Origin: a virus
Reading direction: 5' to 3' (one strand)
DNA length: 64,000 bases
IMG/VR virus record: IMGVR_UViG_3300009104_000008
Location: 1 to 64,000 of that record
Below, piece after piece: positions 38,773 through 48,277 of this stretch (the stretch's first letter is position 1; every line of letters begins with the position of its first letter). Below the pieces are notes generated by a model. It searched no databases. It was not told where the DNA came from and was given only the letters and a program-made list of their open reading frames with translations. The translations under genes and the position numbers were made by a program.

Positions 38773-40568
38773 GTTATCACCTGTATTGCCCCTAAACTCT
38801 GTAGTTTTACTAGGGGTTCTATTACTCCCTTTTCTTTAATAGAATAATTTGTATCAACTAAATGCCTAATTGAATCATTAACTTCTTCACGCATATTTTT
38901 TCTAATTTTAGCATAGTGATGATTATTAACAAGTTCATACATAATTTTGTCAAATAATTCACCTTTATCATCCCTACTATTTCTTCGCTTAAATCGTGTC
39001 CATAATTTAGAAAATTCTGATTTTTCTTCTTCATCCAAATCATCTAAAGTAATTAATATATCTTTGAATTGTCTAAATGTAGCATCAACTGTTTCAGTTG
39101 TTTTATTTGGGCCAGCAGAATAAAGTTCTAATAGTGTTTGTTTAATGTCTTTATCAGGAGTGCCAAATAATCTAGATAATAACCCCTTATGGCTTGTAGT
39201 AACTGGCATAACAACTGTTGCTTTTTCACCATCTAATTTCCATTTTTTAAACATAGCATCCCACGCTATTTCTCTTTCGCTATCTTCTTCTAACCATTTT
39301 TCAAAATCTTGGCCATCTTCAAACCCATATTCTATAGCCATAGTATTATCTAATTTATCTAATTTATCATAATCTTCTATTGGGATTTTATATATCTTAA
39401 CATCAAGTTTAGAATTCATAATAGCAAACTGGCGTTTCTCATCAGTATTTAAGGAATCTATAAAACGAAGGTCTATTTTATTTCTTTTATTCTTTACTTT
39501 TTTATCTGAATAATATTTTTGCACCTTAGCCATTTTAGTTTGTAAATTAGAATATTCGGATTCTTGTTTGTTTTCTCTTAATATGCGTAGTGCTTTTATT
39601 TTAGCAATAGATTCTTTAACAGGTGGATTTTCAAAAGTATTGGTATCATATTTTAATTCAGGTTCTTTTAAGATATAATCTAATGCTCTTGGTAATTCTG
39701 TATAGTCCTTACCAAATACCCCTCCTAATTCAGGAAGTAAATCCTTTCTATATTTTCTTGGAACATTACCAAACACAACATATTTAATATATTTATTTAG
39801 GTTTTCTGCACTAAGACCCGAACCTCGCATTAAGTATTTGGGTTTAGAAGGGGCTGCAAACCCGTATTTCTCTTGGAGAACTGCGGATAACTTTTTTCTA
39901 TCTGTGTCATTTAATTCCTTAAGACCATTTAATATTTTATTCTTATTTTTCTTTACAAGTGATTTTATGAAATCAGTATTTTGCCTATTAACTTCTTTAG
40001 TAAGTAACCCTAACATTTTATCTACTTTACCACTATTCAAATCTTCTATTGCTGCTTTCATGCTAGGTTCATATTTAGCACTAGTAGTTTCCATCTCTTC
40101 CAGCATATCAATAGTTTCTGCAACTCTCTCTTCAAAACCCGGAACTTGAGATAGAGGATATTTGTCTTTATCTTTCATAAACTCTTCAAGTGCTCTTTTT
40201 AGATTTGCTCTTCTTAATGGTTTGATATCTTCAATAAAAGTATCTCTAGCGTTATCAGTAGTCATTTGATTTAAGTAATCTTCGACTCCTTTATTAATAT
40301 CCATCTCCCCTACTTCAAACTCTCTTTCTTCCCCTAAATGATTAAACTTGTAGTTAAAATTAACCATAACAAAACCATGAGCATCTTCTACAGAATCATT
40401 TATTGCATCTAAAACATCGTCATCATTATCTAAATCAGTAGTGCTTGGAATGTAATAGACTCCAACATCAGGTAAAGGCATTCTATCTTTTTCATACTCC
40501 GTAGCATCCCATTCAATATCATACACATATATTTCATATGTGGATTTTAGGGTAGCAAACCAAGTCAT
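38769..40568 (-). CDS. Large hypothetical protein, W-tag family
   Basis: Starts MTWFATLKS. Confidence 0.7.
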   Translation of the reverse strand: MTWFATLKSTYEIYVYDIEWDATEYEKDRMPLPDVGVYYIPSTTDLDNDDDVLDAINDSVEDAHGFVMVNFNYKFNHLGEEREFEVGEMDINKGVEDYLNQMTTDNARDTFIEDIKPLRRANLKRALEEFMKDKDKYPLSQVPGFEERVAETIDMLEEMETTSAKYEPSMKAAIEDLNSGKVDKMLGLLTKEVNRQNTDFIKSLVKKNKNKILNGLKELNDTDRKKLSAVLQEKYGFAAPSKPKYLMRGSGLSAENLNKYIKYVVFGNVPRKYRKDLLPELGGVFGKDYTELPRALDYILKEPELKYDTNTFENPPVKESIAKIKALRILRENKQESEYSNLQTKMAKVQKYYSDKKVKNKRNKIDLRFIDSLNTDEKRQFAIMNSKLDVKIYKIPIEDYDKLDKLDNTMAIEYGFEDGQDFEKWLEEDSEREIAWDAMFKKWKLDGEKATVVMPVTTSHKGLLSRLFGTPDKDIKQTLLELYSAGPNKTTETVDATFRQFKDILITLDDLDEEEKSEFSKLWTRFKRRNSRDDKGELFDKIMYELVNNHHYAKIRKNMREEVNDSIRHLVDTNYSIKEKGVIEPLVKLQSLGAIQVIT

Positions 40569-40570
40569 AA

Positions 40571-40762
40571 TTATTCCTCTGTATATCTATCTAATGATAT
40601 TTGTTTTGTAGAATCATCTAATTTTTGTGGCTTAGATTTTGAAGGCTTCTTTTTGAACCATTGTTCTATAGGAACTTTTGAAACATGAGCACCTTCAACT
40701 AACTCTTTAGGTAACTTACCTTGTTTAGTTTTATCTTCTTTAAGTGTATTAAACCAACTCAT
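40571..40762 (-). CDS. Small basic protein, W-tag family
   Basis: Starts MSWFNTLKE. Confidence 0.65.
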   Translation of the reverse strand: MSWFNTLKEDKTKQGKLPKELVEGAHVSKVPIEQWFKKKPSKSKPQKLDDSTKQISLDRYTEE

Positions 40763-41415
40763 TGTAACTTCTCCTCCATCTTACTTTTAACATCTAACCA
40801 TACTTGAGGGTGATTTTGAGCCAATACTTCTTGAACAATTTGCATTTGGGCAACAATAACAGTATCTTGCCTTCGATGCACTAATTTACCCTTAAATTCC
40901 ATAACATATTTTAATGATTCCCTAACTTCTCTTGCTAACTTAGTCAAACTGTCAATATATTTAGGGTCAGTTCCACCTTCATTGAATAATTCGTCTAATT
41001 TTGTGTCTAAACGATTAATACTGTGTTCTAAAGTTGCAATTTCATCAACTTGTTTCTGTGCAATGATATTTGCCGCTGATTTTTGAACTAAAGGCTGTAA
41101 ATGTCGGCTTAAATGCCTTAAAATCTGGTCTTCTGAGCATAATAACATTTCTGACACCATTTTCGTGTCTAATCTGCCCTCTTCTATCTCCTTTTCAAGG
41201 TCTATTCGTGCAGGGCTTATGCAAAAAGCGCATCTTGGGTTAGAAGAATTGTGATAATCACCCATATGATTTCTTTGATGCCTAGATGTAGTGCCACTAG
41301 GCCAATTATTGTCAATATCAATACTATCTGCATCTACTTGCATATTTTCAAGCATATCTTCTATGCCCTCTCTATCATCATGGTTGCATACTACGCATCT
41401 TTTTCGTGTTACCAT
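40759..41415 (-). CDS. Putative terminase small subunit / Zn-HTH protein
   Basis: Two repeats of CxxC...RHxxxH followed by a coiled coil; upstream of terL in the same operon. Confidence 0.45.
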   Translation of the reverse strand: MVTRKRCVVCNHDDREGIEDMLENMQVDADSIDIDNNWPSGTTSRHQRNHMGDYHNSSNPRCAFCISPARIDLEKEIEEGRLDTKMVSEMLLCSEDQILRHLSRHLQPLVQKSAANIIAQKQVDEIATLEHSINRLDTKLDELFNEGGTDPKYIDSLTKLAREVRESLKYVMEFKGKLVHRRQDTVIVAQMQIVQEVLAQNHPQVWLDVKSKMEEKLQ

Positions 41416-41443
41416 TTTATCACCTATCTCGCACCGTGTGTCG

Positions 41444-41725
41444 TCAATAACTTGAGTCTGGTGGGCCTTTCCTTTTCATTTCATCAATACTATATTGTAT
41501 TTCTTCTTTTACAGTATTTAGAAAAGACTCAGGAATATCTTCAAACTTAAATCCATGTCTAAATTCATACATGAATTTATCAGTTAAATCTTCAATAATA
41601 TAGTCATATACTTCACCTTCATTTAGAGGCATATTACTTTTTTTCCACATTTCTTTCACAACTTCTCTATATTTATTCGCATCTTCTAATTCATCATACT
41701 TTCTTAATGTATTTTTCCAACTCAC
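41444..41725 (-). CDS. Hypothetical protein, W-tag family
   Basis: Likely GTG start at 41725 with GGTGA RBS, giving MSWKNTLRK. Confidence 0.65.
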   Translation of the reverse strand: MSWKNTLRKYDELEDANKYREVVKEMWKKSNMPLNEGEVYDYIIEDLTDKFMYEFRHGFKFEDIPESFLNTVKEEIQYSIDEMKRKGPPDSSY

Positions 41726-42846
41726 GCAATCACCTTCATTACAGTTCTCCAATCTCTAACATCTCTATTAGCACTTGTTAATTTCTCACCCTCGTCTTCT
41801 TTAGGTTGTTCTTCTTCTTTCTCTTTATTTTTCATATATGCAGATTCAGGGTGAGGTTTCCATCCTGCTAATTTAGCCATATGATTGAGTTGTCTTCTTG
41901 AGATGTAAATATAAAAGTCCTCTACTTGGCCCGGAGTTCCTTTTGCAGCCAATAATGTTTTAACATTTTCACTTTCTTTATTATTTCGGACATTATATGG
42001 TATCTTCATTAATCTAGTCCTTGCAGCCTTTGTTGAGAAATTGCCCATTTTAGTTGTATATCTTGGGTCTTTTACCATTCTATCCATAGCAGTCTTTACT
42101 TCGGACAATCCTTCATATGCGAATTTAGCAGCACCTGCACTTTCTATTGCTACAGGGTCACTTTGAATAATATGATGTTTTACATTTAATAATCCTTTAA
42201 CCGCTTCTGTAACAACTGCAGTTAATCCCTGAGTTGAAAAGGGTTCTTTAGTTCCATCTCCATATACTGCTTGCCACATTGGAGGCTCTGCTGTTCCCTT
42301 TTGTTGATTCCACCAAGTATCGTCTACAGCCTCTAATTCATTTTTATCCTTGTAAGTTTCTCTATATTCAACATAATCATCTGTGCGATAATGCCCGTAG
42401 ATAGGTTTCTTTATTGGCTTTCCACCCCTAATACGAACAATTCCCTCAAATGCTATATTTCTTGGATTTAAGTCGCTTTGTTCTCCACCATAATTATTCA
42501 GTGTTTGAATAATGCCTTCTAATTGTTTCATCTCTGATGGCTTAAATTTGGGTTTCTTTGCTAAACTCGCTAAGAATTTTAATTCCTTCCCAATTCCGGG
42601 AGTTTCTTTAGGGCCAGAATTACCCATTATTCTTCCTGTTATTCCGTGTTCGGCTAACATTTCATATAAACTCCCCTTAAACTTACTAATTCCCATATCA
42701 GTTGCTGAAATGCCTCTTGCAGTTGTTTCCCATTCTTTCCATAATTCTACAAATGATTCTCCTTTGTATTCAACGCGAGAAGTTCCTTTACCCATAGTAA
42801 TTTTAGGTTGTCTTTTTGTTACACTTTTTGCATCTTTCTTTGCCAC
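41722..42846 (-). CDS. Hypothetical protein, C-terminal W-tag
   Basis: GTG start with GGAGGTG RBS; ends RDWRTVMKVIA. Confidence 0.7.
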   Translation of the reverse strand: MAKKDAKSVTKRQPKITMGKGTSRVEYKGESFVELWKEWETTARGISATDMGISKFKGSLYEMLAEHGITGRIMGNSGPKETPGIGKELKFLASLAKKPKFKPSEMKQLEGIIQTLNNYGGEQSDLNPRNIAFEGIVRIRGGKPIKKPIYGHYRTDDYVEYRETYKDKNELEAVDDTWWNQQKGTAEPPMWQAVYGDGTKEPFSTQGLTAVVTEAVKGLLNVKHHIIQSDPVAIESAGAAKFAYEGLSEVKTAMDRMVKDPRYTTKMGNFSTKAARTRLMKIPYNVRNNKESENVKTLLAAKGTPGQVEDFYIYISRRQLNHMAKLAGWKPHPESAYMKNKEKEEEQPKEDEGEKLTSANRDVRDWRTVMKVIA

Positions 42847-42949
42847 AAATACACCTCCCCATTACTGATTGATTATTGAATAGATTACTTGTTCCTGCGG
42901 AAGTTGTTGTTACTGCGCCAGTCATTTTTAATTGGTCAAACCAATTCAT
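42803..42949 (-). CDS. 48-aa ORF, W-tag family (not in ORF track)
   Basis: MNWFDQLKMTGAVTTTSAG...CICGKERCKKC; ATGA overlap with the upstream stop. Confidence 0.55.
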   Translation of the reverse strand: MNWFDQLKMTGAVTTTSAGTSNLFNNQSVMGRCICGKERCKKCNKKTT

Positions 42950-43206
42950 TTCTTATTCCTCCTTTTAGCCCTACGAGCCTCTCGCTTCTTTCTATTTCTC
43001 ATTTTCTTAGAAGGTGTTTTTGATGCTCCCATTTTTTTATCGTAATACTTTTGCTGATTAGCAGTAAACGGGCGTTTATGATGTTCACTACCAAACCCAC
43101 AATCTTTACAATGGTGAGTATATCGCTCATGTTTTGGCGTTTCTTCAAAATTCTCCCCACGACATAAATCGCATTTTTTATTTTTTATTACAGTAAACCA
43201 CTTCAT
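42946..43206 (-). CDS. Basic Zn-ribbon protein, W-tag family
   Basis: MKWFTVIKN; CDLC...CKDC; R/K-rich tail. Confidence 0.65.
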   Translation of the reverse strand: MKWFTVIKNKKCDLCRGENFEETPKHERYTHHCKDCGFGSEHHKRPFTANQQKYYDKKMGASKTPSKKMRNRKKREARRAKRRNKK

Positions 43207-43257
43207 TGTCTAAATCTCCCCCAACACCATATTCCATATAGTAAATCCCAAATAAAT

Positions 43258-43521
43258 CTAATCATTATTATTCAATATATTCCTAGCCGTCTGACAGCAA
43301 AATCTAATTTTTTGAGTTGATTGTAATGTCCAAAAAGAATCTTTTTCTAATTTAAATTTATTTTCAATATGATTACATAATTCATATCTACTCATTAATT
43401 CAAAATCATCATCTATTTTTAATCCTAAAATTGGACCTACTTCATGTTCTATTCTTTTATCCAGCCAAACATAAGTATTACCCATAAACGAGATTAACTT
43501 TTTAATTAACCATTGTTTCAT
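43258..43521 (-). CDS. Hypothetical protein
   Basis: In operon. Confidence 0.55.
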   Translation of the reverse strand: MKQWLIKKLISFMGNTYVWLDKRIEHEVGPILGLKIDDDFELMSRYELCNHIENKFKLEKDSFWTLQSTQKIRFCCQTARNILNNND

Positions 43522-43919
43522 ATTAACCCTGCCTGTCTTTGAATATCTTTATTCTCAATCATTTTTTTGAATATTATTACTTGCACATTATACATTGCAA
43601 TCCTATTAATCATAGTTTCAGTGTTTGCTATTTGATAATATTCTTCTTTGTGTCTGCCCATATATTTATTGTCCGGTAATTCTATTACTTGATACGCGTC
43701 TGGTAATTTAATGGGTTCTAAAGTGTCCGGTAGATTTTCATTATACTTTTCAACTAATTTAATTAAGTATTTTTTATGATTATCTAATTGGTCATGAATA
43801 TGGGCTATTAATTTCTTTTCTGAACTTACTGTATATTGGTTCATCAATTTGCTGCGGGCTATTAATTCCCTAAATGGAAGTGCATCAACATCTTCTTTAA
43901 AAACATTAAACCACTTCAT
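43518..43919 (-). CDS. Hypothetical protein, W-tag family
   Basis: Likely ATG 43919, MKWFNVFKE, after GGGGGA. Confidence 0.6.
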   Translation of the reverse strand: MKWFNVFKEDVDALPFRELIARSKLMNQYTVSSEKKLIAHIHDQLDNHKKYLIKLVEKYNENLPDTLEPIKLPDAYQVIELPDNKYMGRHKEEYYQIANTETMINRIAMYNVQVIIFKKMIENKDIQRQAGLI

Positions 43920-43961
43920 ACTTAATCCCCCATGTAAATGTAAATCCACCAATTTAAATAA

Positions 43962-44126
43962 TCATTCGCCACTATTCCAATACCATTCATAAAGCGCATC
44001 AATAATTTCTTTAGTTTCATTTCTATAATCACGCCAAATCTTCTTCTTTTTCTTTAATAATTTATATCCTTCTATTTGCGCTTTCCAATACTCATCCATT
44101 TGACTAGTCATTCTTCCCAATTCCAT
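43962..44126 (-). CDS. Small hypothetical protein (54 aa)
   Basis: Read by hand: MELGRMTSQMDEYWKAQ...WNSGE; first ORF of the late arm. Confidence 0.45.
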   Translation of the reverse strand: MELGRMTSQMDEYWKAQIEGYKLLKKKKKIWRDYRNETKEIIDALYEWYWNSGE

Positions 44127-44627
44127 TAATTATCCAAATTATCGGTTTGGGTAACATTAATAGAAATGTCCGACTTATCATAAAATACCCCATATAATTT
44201 TTACTATTGAATTTAAAGAAAAAGTCTCAAAAAATGGGCTGTAATTTATTTGGCACTTGCGAAATTTTTATTTTTAGTTTAATTGCATTACCAGAATAAA
44301 AATAGTCTTTCAGTTTTATATACATAATAACATCATAATAGAATCATATTAGGCGAAAAAAACAAGTTTTTTTCTTTGGCTTATTTATATTTAATTAGAA
44401 TATTTATGTAGTCTATATGAGCCAATAATACATATCTACAGCCGTCTAATCTTGGGATATATTAGAGGAACATAAAGGTAATCTTCAAGAGGATTAAATT
44501 TTATGCCCACAACACATAAAAAGAAATTAATTTAATTGTTTTAATAAATCAAATAAAAAAAATTTGTTCCCCTGCTACGCACCCATTCCCCAGTTACTCC
44601 CATATGATAGGATAATTGTATTATCAC

Positions 44628-44666
44628 ACCATATGGTTGGTGCTTTGCTACCACCCCATTTTAATT
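44628..44666 (+). promoter_or_regulatory. Repeated promoter motif, copy 1
   Basis: ACCATATGGT-N5-CTTTG-N5-ACCCC-A-TTTTAATT. Confidence 0.6.
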
Positions 44667-44680
44667 AAATGAAAATTCGT

Positions 44681-44753
44681 GAGCAGGGGCGATAAGCATA
44701 CTAAAAGCCTACTAAAGGCCTATTTCGCGCTTGTTTCACTTATCGTCTTACTC
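44681..44753 (+). ncRNA. Candidate small structured RNA
   Basis: GGGGCGAUAAG pairs with CUUAUCGUCUU (G:U pairs); inner GCCU/AGGC hairpin; begins just downstream of promoter copy 1. Confidence 0.4.
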
Positions 44754-44795
44754 AGTCATTTCCGTATGGTGGCAGCCATGCTTCATATTGGAATC

Positions 44796-45020
44796 TTATT
44801 CTTCTTCTTGTATAGGATGCCCATTTTCATCAACTATTTCTATGGTATCTATCTCAACAACATCACCATACTCACTATCTAACACATCTATCCATTCAAT
44901 ATCCATTTCATGTAAATCGTCAATAGTTAATGTAAGAGGGTCTTTATCAGTCTTTAAAACTACAAACCGCTTATTCCATATTATTTGCTTTTCCCAGAAA
45001 GTTAAATGATATTCTTTCAT
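44796..45020 (-). CDS. Small acidic hypothetical protein
   Basis: End of a minus-strand small-gene operon. Confidence 0.6.
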   Translation of the reverse strand: MKEYHLTFWEKQIIWNKRFVVLKTDKDPLTLTIDDLHEMDIEWIDVLDSEYGDVVEIDTIEIVDENGHPIQEEE

Positions 45021-45153
45021 TCTTCTTCATCTCCAAATATAAATCTATATAATTCATCTACAAATGTGTCATCAAACATATGAATTGCAATATGTTGTTG
45101 TATTCTATATATTTTCCACTCAGATTCTTCCCATTCTTCATAATTTTCGTCTT

Positions 45154-45420
45154 TCATTCTTCTTCCTCTTGTAGCATCTCTATCAATTGGTCGCGTGTAA
45201 ATTGGGCATTACAAGTTTGACAATAATAACCTGTGATTTCGCCATCAATAGCATCAACAGTTCCAAACTCCCATTCATATTCAATATTCCCATCAACTAA
45301 ATATGAATATGGAAATATCTCTGTATTACAGTATTGAGTTTCTAAAGCCACTATGCGACATATATCACCATCATTCTTATTTTCTCCACATTCAAACTCT
45401 AATGGTTTAACTTTACTCAT
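45154..45420 (-). CDS. Small hypothetical protein (CxxC)
   Basis: Overlapping-gene operon. Confidence 0.6.
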   Translation of the reverse strand: MSKVKPLEFECGENKNDGDICRIVALETQYCNTEIFPYSYLVDGNIEYEWEFGTVDAIDGEITGYYCQTCNAQFTRDQLIEMLQEEEE

Positions 45421-45604
45421 TATTTCCTCTCCTTTTTATTTGAATAGTTTCTATAAATTTACTTCTATTGTAATTAGGATTAGACCCTACTAATAGTTTA
45501 GATAAGTTATACACTTGATGATTAGTTAATTCCAAATCAACACACATATCAACTAACCATTCATAATGCCTTCTTGTAAATAAATTACTCTTGTATTCTC
45601 TCAT
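45413..45604 (-). CDS. Small hypothetical protein
   Basis: Overlapping-gene operon. Confidence 0.6.
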   Translation of the reverse strand: MREYKSNLFTRRHYEWLVDMCVDLELTNHQVYNLSKLLVGSNPNYNRSKFIETIQIKRRGNNE

Positions 45605-45789
45605 TCTATCACATCATATCCATTTAACTTTAAACAACCTTCACAACATTCAGTTGTATCGGGATGGCAATTATGACCTTCTATTGTTTTAAACATCTTT
45701 TTATCCTCCAATCTGCATTGTTTTAAATGCTCTCTCCACGCTATTATTTCCAAATGAATGCTCATTTCATAATCACCCATCTGCAACAA
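45601..45789 (-). CDS. Small Cys-rich hypothetical protein
   Basis: Operon; start probably at the internal MSIHLE. Confidence 0.5.
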   Translation of the reverse strand: MLQMGDYEMSIHLEIIAWREHLKQCRLEDKKMFKTIEGHNCHPDTTECCEGCLKLNGYDVIE

Positions 45790-45949
45790 TCTTCGGTTTT
45801 AATTCGTAATTCTGTTATTTTCATTCCACAGTTTTCACACTTCATATTATTCACCTCTTAATTCCACATGATGTGGGTTCTCATAATATTGTTTAATTAA
45901 ATATTTCCAATAACAATTAATGCACATATCTTTATGATAAATTTCTTTA

Positions 45950-46282
45950 TCACACTTGCACATCAAATACACGCCCCAAATAACCATCACTAAAACAATT
46001 ATCACATATGGGGGTATCATATTCTGGCCATGCAGGATTAGCCCCATTCCAATTATCTACATAAATCAATTTATTACATTGACCGCATCTAAATCTAACT
46101 CTATCATTCATAATAGTTAGACATTGAGTAATATAAAACTTAGCAGGGGCATAATCTCTAACATCAATTAAAGCATAACCCCGTTCTGAATTATCGGGAA
46201 CTTTCAAAAGATACATTCCTATCTTATAACTTCCCACACCATCTTTATCTAATAAATTAAACATACCATATTTAGCCATCAA
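45950..46282 (-). CDS. Hypothetical Zn-finger protein
   Basis: CGQC...CDNC. Confidence 0.6.
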   Translation of the reverse strand: MMAKYGMFNLLDKDGVGSYKIGMYLLKVPDNSERGYALIDVRDYAPAKFYITQCLTIMNDRVRFRCGQCNKLIYVDNWNGANPAWPEYDTPICDNCFSDGYLGRVFDVQV

Positions 46283-46482
46283 AGCATCTCCGGCAAATTA
46301 AGTTGTTTTATGATTGGTTCAATATCACGCATTACAATAAGAGTTGCATCATTTAACTCATCGGTGCAATCTGCTCTTATTTTAACGCTCTTAACAATCC
46401 AAACATGATAAGAACCAGATTTTGATTGCCCGAATTCAACTGTATATCTAAAATTATCTTCTTTAACTTCTATATTGTTCAT
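46279..46482 (-). CDS. Small hypothetical protein
   Basis: ATGA-coupled in operon. Confidence 0.6.
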   Translation of the reverse strand: MNNIEVKEDNFRYTVEFGQSKSGSYHVWIVKSVKIRADCTDELNDATLIVMRDIEPIIKQLNLPEML

Positions 46483-47201
46483 TCCATTACCTCCGTTATT
46501 CTATGTAATGTAGCATCTGCAATATCTTGAGAACAAGCCTGAGATGTATGATTCATACACTCAAACCTACAATCTAATACAGGCTCATTAACTATAATAT
46601 CATATTTTAACAATGAATCAACAAGAACCTGTTGAATATGTGCTATCTCAGAAATAAAATAATCATTCATTCTGCTTTCTATTTCTTTAGGTGCTCTTTT
46701 CTCATCAGTAGTCCATTCAACCTTATAATTAATAGTTAATTCGTTGCGCCAACTATAGGTGGTTAAATATACATTAAGAACCATATCTTCCCCTACAATA
46801 GTATAATGTGTAAGTTCATCACTATCTGTAAGATATAATGAAGCCAAAGAAGGAATTTCATTTTCAACTATCTTTGTCTTTTCTTCAACTCTTTCAACCA
46901 CTTCATGAATAAAACCGTTGTTAGTTAATTGCTCAGATATATTTCCTGCCTCATATTCATAAGATGTTGAAAACATTTCATCTCCCTCTTCATTAGTGGA
47001 TAAAGAGTCTTTTATGAAAAAAACATAATGCGACTTTAATTGCTGTTCTGTAGTAGGCACATAATAATCCTCTTTCTCACAATTCTTAAATTCACCCAAA
47101 AAGAAATCTTGTTTTTGCATTTCAATAAAGAAATCTCTTATTTTCTCTTCTTCTTTTATTGGGAATTCAATGCTTATGCTTCTTTCATATCTCAAACTCA
47201 T
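46479..47201 (-). CDS. Acidic hypothetical protein, probably leaderless
   Basis: ATG about 24 nt downstream of the TATA-like box of promoter copy 2. Confidence 0.7.
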   Translation of the reverse strand: MSLRYERSISIEFPIKEEEKIRDFFIEMQKQDFFLGEFKNCEKEDYYVPTTEQQLKSHYVFFIKDSLSTNEEGDEMFSTSYEYEAGNISEQLTNNGFIHEVVERVEEKTKIVENEIPSLASLYLTDSDELTHYTIVGEDMVLNVYLTTYSWRNELTINYKVEWTTDEKRAPKEIESRMNDYFISEIAHIQQVLVDSLLKYDIIVNEPVLDCRFECMNHTSQACSQDIADATLHRITEVME

Positions 47202-47224
47202 ATACTACACCAACAACGATAGGG

Positions 47225-47260
47225 GTTATCAAGGGTAATAGCAAAGCATTACCATATGGT
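47225..47260 (-). promoter_or_regulatory. Repeated promoter motif, copy 2
   Basis: Minus strand ACCATATGGT-N4-CTTTG-N5-ACCC-TTGATAAC. Confidence 0.65.
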
Positions 47261-47321
47261 TGGATAATGGAACTTTGTGAATGCTTAAACCCCAATATGG
47301 CCCAGAAGGGCCAATTGAGGC

Positions 47322-47910
47322 GTAGGCGGGGAAATCACGCTTATTCGGAATCCTCCGAATCTGCCGATGGTTGGGTTAGAACAACGGGTAATTCTCCATC
47401 CCACCAATACTCGGCTTCTGTGTCGTTTGCGGCCATAGATGAATAGGCCTTCTTGAGTCTTGCATTTACAGGCTTTGAAACTGCTTCGCCATATTCGGAA
47501 GCATCCTCATAAAGACCGCCACCACTGCGCCCATGTCGGGTCATCAGTGAAGCGACTATCTCATTATCGCTGTATGTTGCGACCATTACCGCATTTAGGT
47601 CTTGAGTCGCACTGTCTGCATTTGCTACAACTTGTGCTGGTAGGCTTGAAGTCTTGCCCTTTCGGAAGGGTGCGCCCTCAATACCAGCGAAACAAGCCCT
47701 AATAGCGTCATACATTGACTGTGCTGATTCATCGCTTGTGCGACCAATAGTCAGCAGTTGGCTCAATACCGCCAACTTAGGGTATTCTGTCGAGTAGTCT
47801 GGATTAACATTCATCCAAGCCTCGATTTCTTCTGCTTTGTTATCAAATTTCACTCTAATATCTGTCATATTTCTTCTCTCCTTATCTCCCGTAGGTTATT
47901 CCCCGCCTAC
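47322..47910. repeat. 12-bp perfect inverted repeat bracketing paralog A
   Basis: GTAGGCGGGGAA (47322-47333) and TTCCCCGCCTAC (47899-47910). Confidence 0.9.
47341..47868 (-). CDS. Hypothetical protein, paralog A
   Basis: Shares P[FW]RKG...LPA, HGRS, YxDxxxYG, WDGxL and an acidic end with 48325-48828. Confidence 0.8.
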   Translation of the reverse strand: MTDIRVKFDNKAEEIEAWMNVNPDYSTEYPKLAVLSQLLTIGRTSDESAQSMYDAIRACFAGIEGAPFRKGKTSSLPAQVVANADSATQDLNAVMVATYSDNEIVASLMTRHGRSGGGLYEDASEYGEAVSKPVNARLKKAYSSMAANDTEAEYWWDGELPVVLTQPSADSEDSE

Positions 47911-47929
47911 ATCTAATGGCCGAGTATAG

Positions 47930-47967
47930 GGGTTATAGGGTGTTACTCAAAGTTCACACCATATGGT
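47930..47967 (-). promoter_or_regulatory. Repeated promoter motif, copy 3
   Basis: Minus strand ACCATATGGT-N5-CTTTG-N6-ACCC-TATAACCC. Confidence 0.65.
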
Positions 47968-48220
47968 AGTAATTGGTTTAATTAGATTAATTTAATTATT
48001 ATGTCTAACTTTTGCAGTCGGGCAGGAAGCAGATAAGGTATGACAACAGGAGATTACAATGTTGCTATTGGTTATGATGCTGGAATTGCATATATTTGCA
48101 GTGTAGAAATTGCACTAAGAATAATAACTTGGATTTTCAATATGTTAGCGTCATCCGTCAATGAAAAACGCTACTTTCTTTTGAATACCACTTTTCCACT
48201 TTTCCAATGTTTCCAACCCT

Positions 48221-48257
48221 ATCATATGGTTCGACTTTGTTCCGAACCCTTCATATA
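48221..48257 (+). promoter_or_regulatory. Repeated promoter motif, copy 4
   Basis: ATCATATGGT-N4-CTTTG-N6-ACCC-TTCATATA. Confidence 0.65.
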
Positions 48258-48277
48258 GGCTTACTCGATGGGATATA

